A stretch of DNA of 64,000 nucleotides from an uncultured delta proteobacterium. GTDB lineage: Bacteria; Desulfobacterota; Syntrophobacteria; BM002. Below are positions 11,132-21,571 of the stretch, in pieces; position 1 is the first letter of the stretch; each line of letters begins with the position of its first letter. The notes below the pieces were generated by a model. That model did not search any database and was not told the DNA's origin. It saw only the letters and a list, made by a program, of their open reading frames with translations. The stretch spans positions 125,875-189,874 of the forward strand of contig CAVQGX010000037.1 in assembly GCA_963712115.1 (NCBI GenBank). The letters are read 5' to 3'. Position numbers and translations under genes: made by a program.

Positions 11132-12195
11132 CCACCCTGAAGTGTCTCTTTTACCCTCATTGGCCTGGCAATCCATACCAGAGGTTGCTGGCGGAGAAAC
11201 TCGGCAATCTAGGTGTCCGGGTTGAGGAGGCTGAGCCTCACTTCATCATTCTGCCCAATCTGATGAGGCGAGGCAAACCAGACATACTTCACCTCCATAC
11301 CCTTGCCCCTCTTTTTCTGTCGTCAACCACGCTGAGGTCTTTTTTAAGGATGATCATTTCAGTTTTCCAACTTGTAATTCTTCGTCTTATGGGGGTCAGG
11401 ATTATCTGGACAGCTCATGATTTGAAGAGCCATGCCAATCGTCACATCATGTTGGATCGAATATTTACCGTCCTTTTGAGCAGGCTGGTCCATGCGATTA
11501 TTACCCACTGCGAAACAGCGAAAAGAGAGGTTGCAAGAAAACTTTACGTAAGGAACCTCGACAAGACTTTCATTATCCCCCACGCTAACTATATTGACAC
11601 ATACAAGAACAATATCAGCCGCTCAGAGGCACGGAGGAAGTTGGGATTCTCAGAAAAAGATGTTGTTCTGCTTTCACTCGGACTGATCAGGCCGTACAAA
11701 GGAATTCCAGAGCTTATCGATGCTTTTAAAAAGATACCTCAAAATGGCGCTCAACTTGTGATTGCCGGCAAGCCAACAACAGCAACGCTTGGAGAATCGC
11801 TTGAACGAAAGGCGGCAGGATGCGAAAATATAAAGCTAATTCCAGAATTTATCCCCGATGAGGAAATTCAATTATACCTGAATGCCTGTGATGCCGCAGT
11901 TTTCGCCTTTCGAGACATCTTTACCTCCGGTTCTGTAATTTTGGCGATGTCTTTTGGCCGAGCGTGTATAGCACCGCGCAAGGGCTGCATTGGCGACGTG
12001 CTAGATGGCTCAGGGGGTTTTCTTTACGATCCTGATGAGCAAGATGGTTTATTGCAGGCCCTGAAAGGTGCCATCGAGAACAAGGCAGCACTTCAGGATA
12101 TGGGAGAACATAACCTAAAAGCTGTGGAGCAATGGAGTTGGAGTCGTATCGCTGAGATGACATTTAAAGTCTATCGACATTGTTTAGGCCGGTAG
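11128..12195 (+). CDS. Glycosyltransferase family 4
   Basis: ATGA overlap with the upstream stop; NPYQ, WTAHD, GLIRPYKG, SGSVILAMSFG. Confidence 0.9.
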   Translation: MTTLKCLFYPHWPGNPYQRLLAEKLGNLGVRVEEAEPHFIILPNLMRRGKPDILHLHTLAPLFLSSTTLRSFLRMIISVFQLVILRLMGVRIIWTAHDLKSHANRHIMLDRIFTVLLSRLVHAIITHCETAKREVARKLYVRNLDKTFIIPHANYIDTYKNNISRSEARRKLGFSEKDVVLLSLGLIRPYKGIPELIDAFKKIPQNGAQLVIAGKPTTATLGESLERKAAGCENIKLIPEFIPDEEIQLYLNACDAAVFAFRDIFTSGSVILAMSFGRACIAPRKGCIGDVLDGSGGFLYDPDEQDGLLQALKGAIENKAALQDMGEHNLKAVEQWSWSRIAEMTFKVYRHCLGR

Positions 12196-12277
12196 TGTCT
12201 GCCTGTCATATCTATTATTTGCGAAGAAAATGGAATACTGATGAAAGGGCTTACATAATAAGGACGAGCCGGTAAAC

Positions 12278-12427
12278 ATGGATTCCCGTCTAAAGATATT
12301 AGGCATGGAAATTGACGCGATTTCTATGCCGCAAGCTGTCTCTAGAATTCTCGACTGGAAAAAGACAAAACACATCGTTATTGGCATTACCTCGCAATAC
12401 CAAATAACGGTCAGGCTATCACTTTGA
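12278..12427 (+). pseudogene. N-terminal fragment of a WecB/TagA/CpsF glycosyltransferase
   Basis: Hand translation MDSRLKILGMEIDAISMPQAVSRILDW... resembles the WecB/TagA N-terminus but stops after 49 aa. Confidence 0.5.
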
Positions 12428-12473
12428 AAATTCAAAACTGCAAACTGTAGAGAGCACTTAATAAGGGCAACTA

Positions 12474-14226
12474 ATGCCGGGTATTCTCGGTCTTACAAGT
12501 GTAGATAAAGTAAACGAACTTTTATCTATGAAAGATGCCTTGTTCAGGTCACCTTATGTGCACTATCAGGGCTGTGATCACATGGGCGAAGCATGGGTTG
12601 TGGCAAGTTTGAGGAAGGACAATGCTTCAATTGAGCACCGGAATGTAAAGCTGGCCTTTGAAGGCTATATTATTAACGGCCCTAAACCAGGAACTGAATT
12701 GCTTGTCAGGCTCGTGGATCTCTTTCTTGGAAAAAGGTGAAAGGTTCGTTCGAGAGTTACGCGGCTCTTTCCAAATTGCCATCAGGTATAAAAGCCGAAC
12801 ATACGTTTACGTGGATCATACGTGTTCCAGACCACTCTTTTTCCTGCACACAGAAGGTATTCTGTATTTCTCGCCCGAAATTGCACCGCTTATGGTTCAC
12901 CTGAAAAATGGAGACCTTGATGAAGCGAATCTGATTCAGTTCCTAATAGCAGGACATTTTTTTAGTGGTGAGACGTTGGTCAAAGAGATTCGCACTCTAA
13001 GACCTGGAGAGTTCCTGACTTTTGATGGAAGGAGAATCAAGCGCGAGGGTTACTATACCTATAAAGTAAGTCCCGACGGTCATTTAGACAAAAGAGAAGC
13101 CATTGAGACATTACACCAGTTGCTTGAGGAAGCCATTGTGGGGCAATGGCAGAGAGCTGAAAACCCCGGTATATTGCTAAGCGGTGGGATAGATTCCAGG
13201 TACATTTTGTTAACAGTAGCGGAATGTGTTGAGAATACGACCAAGCTGAAGACAATTTGTTGGGGGGAGAATTTTAAAAAAAGTGGATCTGATATAGATG
13301 TATCCGTGAAGTTAGCCAGGAGATTGGGAACTCAACACATCCTGGTTAGAAGGCATGAGAAGAATGTTAGATCCGCTTTTACAAACATGTTCTATGCTCA
13401 ATCTGGGATGACGGACAGTGCCTTCATTCATGCAGATGAACTTGATATCTGCAAAGAACTGAGAGAAAAGCATGGTATCTACTCCCTCATAAGGGGAGAC
13501 CATTCATTTGGAGGCTCGCAGGAACGAAAAACTATTCAGCATGGACTTTTGGATCTTGGGATGAGCCTCACTCGACATATAGCCAATAGAGATAAATGGT
13601 TTAATGGAAGAGATAATAGTTATTATGACTCCTACTCGCAGGTACTTACAAAACTGATTTCTCCGCTCGCAAATGACCCCAACATGATGAGAGATACTCT
13701 CCGATTTCGAGAACGCGTACCAATGTATTTACAGTATATTAACTATTTCAAATACCATTATCTGGAAGTCTTTAATCCTTTTTTGGACAGGATACTATTG
13801 GATATATCCACAACAATTCCATGTCGCTATCGATCAAAAAAAAGAATGCTCAAAGATTGCTATCGTCATAGATTTCCAGAATATGAAAATGTTCCGCTTG
13901 CACGTAAAGACAATATGATTAACTGGCCACAAGCAATCGTTAGATCACCTATGTTGTATTCATATCTTTATAAAGGAATAGATCAACTACCTGAAATATT
14001 CAATAAGCCCTACATTAAGGAGTGCCTTTCTTCGATAAAATATGACAATTACACACGGGCCGTGAAGTGGAGTTACAATATTGCGAAAAATGCTACAAAG
14101 AGCCTTCACTTACCGAAATCTTTTGTTGAGAAACTAAGAGGAGAAGAGCTGGTGGTTTCTCCCATCCTACTTATTTCAAGATCAGTAGTGCTTTCAAAGT
14201 GGTTCAATACGTGGACAATAGTTTGA
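12474..14226 (+). CDS. Asparagine synthetase-like ATP-dependent amide ligase lacking the Ntn Cys (starts MPGILG); +1 frameshift near 12730
   Basis: LRGSF, LRPGE, PP-loop LLSGGIDS and NPFLD; ORFs 12474-12740 and 12658-14226 join as VDLFL-EKGERF. Confidence 0.85.
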
Positions 14227-14272
14227 ACCGAAGCAAAAAATCGGCCACTAAACAAAACCTTACATTTGCAGG

Positions 14273-14590
14273 GTGCCACCTCAACACCAATGTGCAGCGC
14301 GCAAGAGCATGGCCCACATTTTTATCCTCCCCAGCCTTTTAGAATGCGGAGGAGCAAATGTGCTTGAAGAAATAGCGGTCAACCCGCCTCTTATAGTAAT
14401 AACTCTGGGAGGCCCCGCAGATTATCTGGACCAAAATTATGGAATTTTGCTAAATCCCTCTCCCCGCGAATAATTCATGGTAAGCTTCACTGATGCAATG
14501 CTTCACCCAGGACCGTCAGCTCAAATAAAATTGGGAATGGGAAAAATGGCGAGACAACGAGCATTACAGTATATGATTGGGAGAAAAAAC
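14273..14590 (+). pseudogene. Decayed C-terminal fragment of a GT4 glycosyltransferase
   Basis: HIFILPSLLECGGANVLE...GGPADYLD..GILL, then an in-frame stop and MGKMARQRAL. Confidence 0.6.
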
Positions 14591-14775
14591 TAATGTGAAT
14601 ATAGAGCACTTACAAAGAAACAATGTAGCGCGCAGCGGCTTGACTATAACAGGTAGAAGTGAACAAAGTTACCCAAAAAAAGTTTAAGAATTTCAGAGAA
14701 ACGAGAATAAGATATTAACATAAACATTTTAAAAGCTTACGAAAAACAATTCAGTAACGTAAAAACATAATAAAA

Positions 14776-15534
14776 ATGACAAAATTTATAATACTGGGCT
14801 TTCAAAGAAGCGGAACAAGCTGGCTTGAAACGATGCTTAACAGTCATCCTGAAATACTCTGTCTTGGAGAATTATTCTATTTTAGCAGTGGACTGGTACC
14901 TTTTTTAAACCCTCGTGGCAGAAAAACTAATTTCAGCTATCGGAAATACGTCGAAGCATCAAAAAGTAATAGAATGAAACATTTGGTAAATAGAAAAAAA
15001 ACAGTCGTTGAATGTTTAGACAACGTCTATTCAATTCAAGGAAATCATGCAATTGGATTCAAGTTAATGTACGATCAAGCTAAAAATTTTTCTAGTGTTG
15101 TAGATTATGTTGAAAATAAACAAGTAAAAGTTATACATCTTGTTAGAAAAAATGTTCTCAAAACACTGATATCATTATATAGTGCGAAAAATAGAAAGCT
15201 ATATCACACTACAAAGCAGATTAACCCTGATAAAATATATTTGCCAACAAGGTTTTTATTTTATCGATTGAAAAAGTTAGCTAGAAAAATAAAATATTGG
15301 GACAGTAGGTTTTTTTTATCAAAAAATTATTATAAAATATTTTATGAAGATGTGCTCAACGATACCAAGCTACATATGCATAAGATACTTAAATTTCTAG
15401 AGGTAAAAGACAATATTAGGTTGTCATCAAGCCTGCGTAAAATTAACCCCGAGAAAATAGAGAATATTTTAATAAACTATGAAGAAGTTGAAAAGCTTCT
15501 CAAAGACTCACCCTACGAATGGTGCTTACGATAA
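14776..15534 (+). CDS. Sulfotransferase (Stf0-like)
   Basis: FIILGFQRSGTSWL, LNSHPEI..GELF, GFKLMY, YED. Confidence 0.85.
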   Translation: MTKFIILGFQRSGTSWLETMLNSHPEILCLGELFYFSSGLVPFLNPRGRKTNFSYRKYVEASKSNRMKHLVNRKKTVVECLDNVYSIQGNHAIGFKLMYDQAKNFSSVVDYVENKQVKVIHLVRKNVLKTLISLYSAKNRKLYHTTKQINPDKIYLPTRFLFYRLKKLARKIKYWDSRFFLSKNYYKIFYEDVLNDTKLHMHKILKFLEVKDNIRLSSSLRKINPEKIENILINYEEVEKLLKDSPYEWCLR

Positions 15535-15555
15535 GAAATATAGCCAGGAAAGAGC

Positions 15556-16434
15556 ATGCTGCCTAACTTTTTCGTTGTGGGTACCCAGAAATCTGCCACA
15601 ACATCTTTACACTTTTATTTGGCAGAGCACCCTGAAATTTTTCTACCGAAAGAGAAGGAAAGCAAATTTTTCGTTAATGACGAACGGTATATTTTAGGAA
15701 TAAAATACTATGAGAATAAGTACTTTTGTGATTGGAAGGGTCAAAAAATTGTCGGTGAAGTAGATCCGGATTATATGTATTTTGAAGTAGCGGTTGAAAG
15801 GATATTAAAGCATTTTGACATGAAAAAACTGAAGTTTATTTTCATATTTAGAAATCCAGTCGACCGGGCTTTCTCACATTACCTCATGACAGTTAGGCGA
15901 GGGATTGAACGGCTGTCATTTGAAAAGGCAATTGAGTGTGAAAAACAAAGGATACAACGCGATTACAGAAGCAAAATGCACTTTAGTTATACTGATAGAG
16001 GATTTTATTATGATCAAGTTATGAGATTTTTGCGCTACGTGGATAAATCACAGATCCTGTTTTTGCTTTATGAGGACTTAGTTGAGTCACCGATTGATTC
16101 GCTCGAAAGGGTGTTTAAATTTTTGAACATTTCAGAGGAGTTTGCTCCACCAAATCTCAATACTAAATTCAATCCATCTCGAGTGCCTAGAAATGTTGTT
16201 CTACACAATAGGCTCACAGGAAATGGTATTGAAAAAAGGTTTATTCGGCTTCTACTCCCATGGGAAAAGTTTAGACATAATCTTCTTGAGAAATTAATGA
16301 ATTTCAATTTATCTTCTAAACACAATTCTTACTTATCTGAAAAGCAAAAAAAAGAGTTGTCTCTGAGGTTCAAGGATTCCAACGAGGCACTCTCGAAGCT
16401 TATAAACCGTGATCTGGATTATTGGATGTTGTGA
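15556..16434 (+). CDS. Sulfotransferase (heparan-sulfate sulfotransferase-like fold)
   Basis: PNFFVVGTQKSATTSL, HPEI, RNPVDRAFSHY. Confidence 0.9.
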   Translation: MLPNFFVVGTQKSATTSLHFYLAEHPEIFLPKEKESKFFVNDERYILGIKYYENKYFCDWKGQKIVGEVDPDYMYFEVAVERILKHFDMKKLKFIFIFRNPVDRAFSHYLMTVRRGIERLSFEKAIECEKQRIQRDYRSKMHFSYTDRGFYYDQVMRFLRYVDKSQILFLLYEDLVESPIDSLERVFKFLNISEEFAPPNLNTKFNPSRVPRNVVLHNRLTGNGIEKRFIRLLLPWEKFRHNLLEKLMNFNLSSKHNSYLSEKQKKELSLRFKDSNEALSKLINRDLDYWML

Positions 16435-16524
16435 TATGGTAATTACCTTTTGCAGAGTGTGGGGCTTATTCTGATTCAGAACGAGGTTATCATAGGATGT
16501 TGAATACTTTGAACCTCTCAGGAG

Positions 16525-17709
16525 ATGATTTTTTCGGCGAGAATTTTTCAAAAATTAAAGGGACTTTTTATGAAGATTGCATTTTTAACTTTTGCAGATC
16601 CGGAAAATCGTAGGGTATGGTCTGGGATACCTTACTATATGAAAAATGCGTTGCAAGCACACTGTGGGGAGGTATTTTACATTGGACCGGTGACATCCTA
16701 TATAGATATTTTTGGAAAAATTTGCAACCGAATTTCATCAGGACTTTTAAAAAAGAAATATGATTATAAAAGAAGTATCATCGCAGCAAAGAGATATGGA
16801 TCGATTATTGAAAAAAGGATAAAAGGAAGATCTTTCGATGTTATTTTTGTTGCAGCGGGCGCCCCACTAATTGCTTATCTAAATACAAGTGTACCGATTG
16901 TTCTGTCTGTGGATACGACTTTCTCAAACATGGTCGATTACTATCCTGAGTACAGTAGGCTTACTCGGGTGTCAATAGCTGAGGGTCACAGAATTGCAAA
17001 ATTAGCTATAAAGCGAGCAACTCTGCTTATTTATTCATCCTCTTATGCGGGAGAATCTGCTATTAATTATTATGGGGCTCCGCCGGAAAGAGTACACGTA
17101 ATTCCATTTGGAGCTAATATTGAAGAGGGAGATATACCTACTAAAGAGAGTATATACAAGAAATGCAAAGGAAATGAATGTCGGCTTCTTTTCCTTGGAG
17201 TAGATTGGAAAAGAAAAGGTGGAGACATTGCATTTGACTCAATGGTGGAACTTGAACGAGCTGGTATTAAGACATCATTGACTGTGTGTGGATGTCAACC
17301 TCCTGCTTCTTATTCTCATTCAAAAATGAAAGTCATCCCATTTTTGGATAAAAATAATTCCGATGACCGCGCAAAATTAATTGATTTATTCTTGAACGCT
17401 GATTTCCTCCTTTTGCCAACCCGCAGCGAGGCATATGGGATTGTGTTTTGCGAGGCTAACGCATTCGGTTTGCCTGTGATTGCCACCGATACTGGTGGAG
17501 TTTCAGAGATTGTTAAAAATGGGTACAATGGTTTTCTTTTAAGTCGTAATGCTGAGGCAAATGATTATGCAAGGACTATCATGCAAATATGGAATGATGA
17601 ATTAAAATATTTTGAATTAGTGCAAAATAGTAGAAAATCATACGACCAGCGGCTCAATTGGGATGCCTGGGGAAAAGCGGTAAAAAAGGCCATAGCTACA
17701 ATTTTATAG
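16525..17709 (+). CDS. Glycosyltransferase family 4 (probable start ATG 16570)
   Basis: WSGIPY, FLGVDWKRKGG, EAYGIVFCEANAFGLPV. Confidence 0.9.
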   Translation: MIFSARIFQKLKGLFMKIAFLTFADPENRRVWSGIPYYMKNALQAHCGEVFYIGPVTSYIDIFGKICNRISSGLLKKKYDYKRSIIAAKRYGSIIEKRIKGRSFDVIFVAAGAPLIAYLNTSVPIVLSVDTTFSNMVDYYPEYSRLTRVSIAEGHRIAKLAIKRATLLIYSSSYAGESAINYYGAPPERVHVIPFGANIEEGDIPTKESIYKKCKGNECRLLFLGVDWKRKGGDIAFDSMVELERAGIKTSLTVCGCQPPASYSHSKMKVIPFLDKNNSDDRAKLIDLFLNADFLLLPTRSEAYGIVFCEANAFGLPVIATDTGGVSEIVKNGYNGFLLSRNAEANDYARTIMQIWNDELKYFELVQNSRKSYDQRLNWDAWGKAVKKAIATIL

Positions 17710-17858
17710 GGGATAAATCATACGATTATATCTTTCCATATAAACTAACATGTTTTATAGCCAAATCAAAATTGTTAAGATTCTCACGTCGAGCAAACTT
17801 TTCCATAAATATTCATAAATTTTATGATTATGATTGGTTTCAAGATTGGCTGTAAAAC

Positions 17859-19151
17859 TTGGTGCAAATTAGAATCGAGCTAATGTTTAAAATTGTCTAT
17901 TTAGTTTCCATTTACATTTGTGGAGAAAAGTTATTCTATCTTTTCGAATGGATTCATATACCAGGGGTTTTCAATATTTTAGATTTAGGGAATCTTCTGA
18001 TTCTGTGCGGTTTGATCTTTTTGACTTTCAAATCAAAGGATTTGTACGTATTGCATAATATTTTTTCAGTGTACATTATTATAGTGTTGTTTTTAATCCT
18101 TTTGCAGGCACCTTTGGCCTCGATGTATTATAATGAGTCTATAAAAAGTGGTGTTTTTGCTATTCGGCACATGTTCTACTATTCGTCATTTTTTGTTTTT
18201 GTTTTGCTTTTGAGATCCAGTGCTGAGGTATCTAAGCTGCTGAACTTGTTGTCTATTATTTCTTTGATGGTGATAATTGTCGCAATTGTTAACTATTTTG
18301 GTCCTACTATTTTTTACCACCAGTGGGCAGATGGGCATTACTCAAGGGCGGGGGTCAAGAGAGCGTTCATTCCCGGTATGGATCTAATTAGTTTATCAGT
18401 GTTATGGCAGTTTAGTAAATGGCTTGTAGGAGGTTCTTTCGATAGGTTCAGGTCGAAGTTGTCTTGCTGTGGTTTTTTGTTTTTTCTTGCTGCTCACTTT
18501 TTTCGACAAACTCGGAGTCGTATTATTGCTGTGTCTTTAGTGATTTTTTCGTATCTTGCATCAAGTAAAAGATTTGGCCTGTTGGTAGCTTTGTCTCTTA
18601 TTGTGAGCTTTGGTATCGCCGTTAATGAAATGCGAGGTGGCGAAAGTGTCGTGTTGGACGCTTACACAAGCAGTTATGAGAGTGTTGCTGAGGGCGAGGG
18701 AACTTGGCTATCGCGAGTTGAGATGATGAGGAGGGATATGGAGTTTTTTCTTAAGCATCCGATTGCAGGTAGTGGTGCTAGTGCCATAAGGTTAAGACCA
18801 GCACTTGAGAAGTCAAGAGAAGGAAGAATTTTGATCGATCTTTCTAAAATGGATGACTTAGGATACACTCGCTGGATCAAGTCGTTCGGTATCGTTGGTA
18901 TGATTTGGTTCGGCTGTTTTTTTTACGCTTTAATTGTTAGAGGATTGAAAGTACTTTCGAGTGTTGATGATGATCGCAGGGTATTTGCGGTTTTCTGTCT
19001 CTGCTATATCGGCTATGTATTGATCTCTTTCGTTACCTTGAATCATTTGACCTTTCCCAACAGAATTGTACCTCTTTGTTTAGTTACTGCGATTCTAGTT
19101 AGATTATCAAATCCGAAATATTTTTCAACACTTGAGGAAGAGTCTGCCTGA
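17859..19151 (+). CDS. Wzy polymerase / O-antigen ligase-like polytopic membrane protein
   Basis: About 10-12 hydrophobic segments, QTRS motif, periplasmic loop followed by HPIAGSG; located within the GT cluster. Confidence 0.75.
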   Translation: MVQIRIELMFKIVYLVSIYICGEKLFYLFEWIHIPGVFNILDLGNLLILCGLIFLTFKSKDLYVLHNIFSVYIIIVLFLILLQAPLASMYYNESIKSGVFAIRHMFYYSSFFVFVLLLRSSAEVSKLLNLLSIISLMVIIVAIVNYFGPTIFYHQWADGHYSRAGVKRAFIPGMDLISLSVLWQFSKWLVGGSFDRFRSKLSCCGFLFFLAAHFFRQTRSRIIAVSLVIFSYLASSKRFGLLVALSLIVSFGIAVNEMRGGESVVLDAYTSSYESVAEGEGTWLSRVEMMRRDMEFFLKHPIAGSGASAIRLRPALEKSREGRILIDLSKMDDLGYTRWIKSFGIVGMIWFGCFFYALIVRGLKVLSSVDDDRRVFAVFCLCYIGYVLISFVTLNHLTFPNRIVPLCLVTAILVRLSNPKYFSTLEEESA

Positions 19152-19195
19152 TATTTTAAGTTTTTTAATCTCGCATTATTTGTAAATTTGCCAAA

Positions 19196-20116
19196 ATGGA
19201 CATTTCAATCATTATAGTAAATTGGAACACAAGAGATCTTTTAGAGTCATGTCTTCTATCTTTAAAAAATCATCTACCCGAGACTGTACACTACGAAGTG
19301 ATTGTCGTCGATAATGGTTCATCAGATGGAAGTGCCGTGCTTGTCAAAAGACACTTTCCGAATGTTTTCCTAATCGAAAGTGAGGATAATCTGGGTTTTG
19401 TTCGAGCAAACAATCTAGCGGTTGCACAGGCCAGTGGTAGATATATTCTTTTACTCAATAGCGATACTGAGCTTCTGGATGCTGGAATCGTTGACATTAT
19501 TCGTTATTTGGATCGTCACCCCAAGGTTGGCGTGTTAACTGGGAGGGTTCTGTATCCTGACGGATCGTTCCAGAGACCTTTTCGTCGTTTTCCGCATTGG
19601 CTTGGCTCTATTTTCAGGAACACTATTCAGCTTGTTGTCAAAATCAAGCCATCTTTTGAGAGGAAATTTCGTCTTGAGCACCTGGACCAAATGGAGGAGC
19701 ATGAAGTTGACTGGGTATCTGGTGCCTATTTATTTATCCGAAGCGAATTACTAGATGGTGGGAAAATATTTGACGAGGATTTGTACATGTGGCACGAGGA
19801 CACTTTGTTATGTTATAGGGTTCGCCAATTGGGTTACCGTGTCATGTATGTTCCATACGGGCCAATTATTCACCATGCTGGAATGAGCCGGCGAGAGATC
19901 CCTGTAGAAGCAAGCTACAATAGCTACAAATCTAGTGTAATTTATTTTGAAAAAGTGCAGGGTTACTCAGTAGCTAGATTTTATTCCACGATGGTAAGAA
20001 TTATCTGGTGTCTATTTGCAGGAGTTTTTGGAGTTGCTCAGATTATTCCCTATAAAAAATTTAGAGACAAGGCTAACCTTTTCAGGAACCTCGTGAGTAT
20101 GGGATCTGCACTTTGA
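19196..20116 (+). CDS. Glycosyltransferase family 2
   Basis: SIIIVNWN, VVDNGSSDGS, NLGF, LLNSD, DWVSGA. Confidence 0.9.
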   Translation: MDISIIIVNWNTRDLLESCLLSLKNHLPETVHYEVIVVDNGSSDGSAVLVKRHFPNVFLIESEDNLGFVRANNLAVAQASGRYILLLNSDTELLDAGIVDIIRYLDRHPKVGVLTGRVLYPDGSFQRPFRRFPHWLGSIFRNTIQLVVKIKPSFERKFRLEHLDQMEEHEVDWVSGAYLFIRSELLDGGKIFDEDLYMWHEDTLLCYRVRQLGYRVMYVPYGPIIHHAGMSRREIPVEASYNSYKSSVIYFEKVQGYSVARFYSTMVRIIWCLFAGVFGVAQIIPYKKFRDKANLFRNLVSMGSAL

Positions 20117-21225
20117 GAGTACTGCATGTACTTTGGGACTTAGAACTGGGTGGTGCTCAAACATACTTGCATGACCTTTTAAAGCATCACACAGCATCCG
20201 GAAAGGTTTTACCTGAGGTTGTGGCCCTCGGTGAAACTGGGGAGGTTGGCAAGGCAATCGAAAAATTAGGTGTTCCAATTGAAGAATTTGGAATGAGGAA
20301 TGGCCATGATCTAATTCCACTCCGGAAACTACGCAGGTATCTGGGAAAAGTTAACGTAGACATCATACATTCACATGCACACAATTTTTCTTTCAACTTG
20401 CTGCTCAAAGAAATTCCTGTTCCAAAAATATATACTGAACACGGAGGGGGACTGTTAGCTGAAAACAGGCGCAATATATTGTTTTATAAATTCTTTTGGG
20501 GTAACTATGAAAAATTCATTGCTATTTCAAATGAGATGAAAAGGGTAATGAAAAATGCAAATGCAAAAATCGCCGATCGAATTTCTGTAATATATAATGG
20601 CGTTGATCTCGAAACTATAGACAACAACATTAGTGTTGAATTTAACTCTCTACCCGGTGGATTGCTTGATGCCAAGTTTGTTGTTGGTACCATAGCTCGC
20701 CTCGTCCCCGCTAAGGGTATAGACACTTTTCTGAAAACGGCTGCAATCATTACTAGTAAAAGAGATGACGTTAAATTTCTTATTTTGGGTGACGGTCCCC
20801 TACGTTTTGAATTGCTGGCGGAGGCTAAGAAGTTAAATATAGAGCGGCATGTATTTTTCCTCGGCTTCAGGTCTGATGCCAGAAGGATTCTTAAATTTTT
20901 TGATGTTCTTCTATCTACTTCGAATTATGAAGCCTTTGGTTTGGTATTGACCGAGGCCATGGCAAAGAGAGTTCCAGTGGTCGCGCTGCACTCGAAAGGA
21001 GCAGTGCCGGAAATTATCAAAAACAGTGTTGAAGGTTTTGTTGTCGATCGTAAAGATCCATCTTTGTTGGCTGATAAGGTTTTAAGGTTGCTCGATGATA
21101 AGAAACTGAGGGATTATTTCACTCGAAACGCTCGCAAGAAAGTGGAGAGATGTTTTACCATAGAGCAGAATGCAGTTAAGATTCTCAGGATTTACCAAGA
21201 ATGTGCAGACACAGGCAACACCTAG
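20113..21225 (+). CDS. Glycosyltransferase family 4
   Basis: GGAQ, YTEHG, ARLVPAKG, EAFGLVLTEAMA. Confidence 0.9.
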   Translation: MRVLHVLWDLELGGAQTYLHDLLKHHTASGKVLPEVVALGETGEVGKAIEKLGVPIEEFGMRNGHDLIPLRKLRRYLGKVNVDIIHSHAHNFSFNLLLKEIPVPKIYTEHGGGLLAENRRNILFYKFFWGNYEKFIAISNEMKRVMKNANAKIADRISVIYNGVDLETIDNNISVEFNSLPGGLLDAKFVVGTIARLVPAKGIDTFLKTAAIITSKRDDVKFLILGDGPLRFELLAEAKKLNIERHVFFLGFRSDARRILKFFDVLLSTSNYEAFGLVLTEAMAKRVPVVALHSKGAVPEIIKNSVEGFVVDRKDPSLLADKVLRLLDDKKLRDYFTRNARKKVERCFTIEQNAVKILRIYQECADTGNT

Positions 21226-21281
21226 CTCAATGTGTTCAGTATAAATGAATAGAGCTAGGCTTCTCTATTATTCTTGTAATA

Positions 21282-21557
21282 TTATTTCTGGATTATGCCG
21301 CAAGGTGAGTAAAAAGGGGCTTGGATATCCCATAACTATTTGATATAAAGGCACTATCAAGAATATCGGAGGTTCTGGCGATGCTCGGAAATGGCGAACG
21401 GCAAAAAGAGGCGATACGACCGTATTTCAATAGGTCCATTTTCATTGATTTTGCCGGTGCAAAGATTACGTCGTATACGGGGTTCCTTCTGATGCGGGAA
21501 GTTGACGAACCACCTCTTGGAGGCGGTTGCCCCAATAATCTCGGATAATTCAGATAA
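21282..21557 (+). mobile_element. Internally deleted IS1380-family remnant
   Basis: Encodes GERQKEAIRPYFNRSIFIDFAGAKITSYTGFLLMREVDE, resembling an IS1380 transposase N-terminus; imperfect IRs ttatttctggattatgccg / cggataattcagataa. Confidence 0.6.
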
Positions 21558-21571
21558 AAGGTAACTGGATT

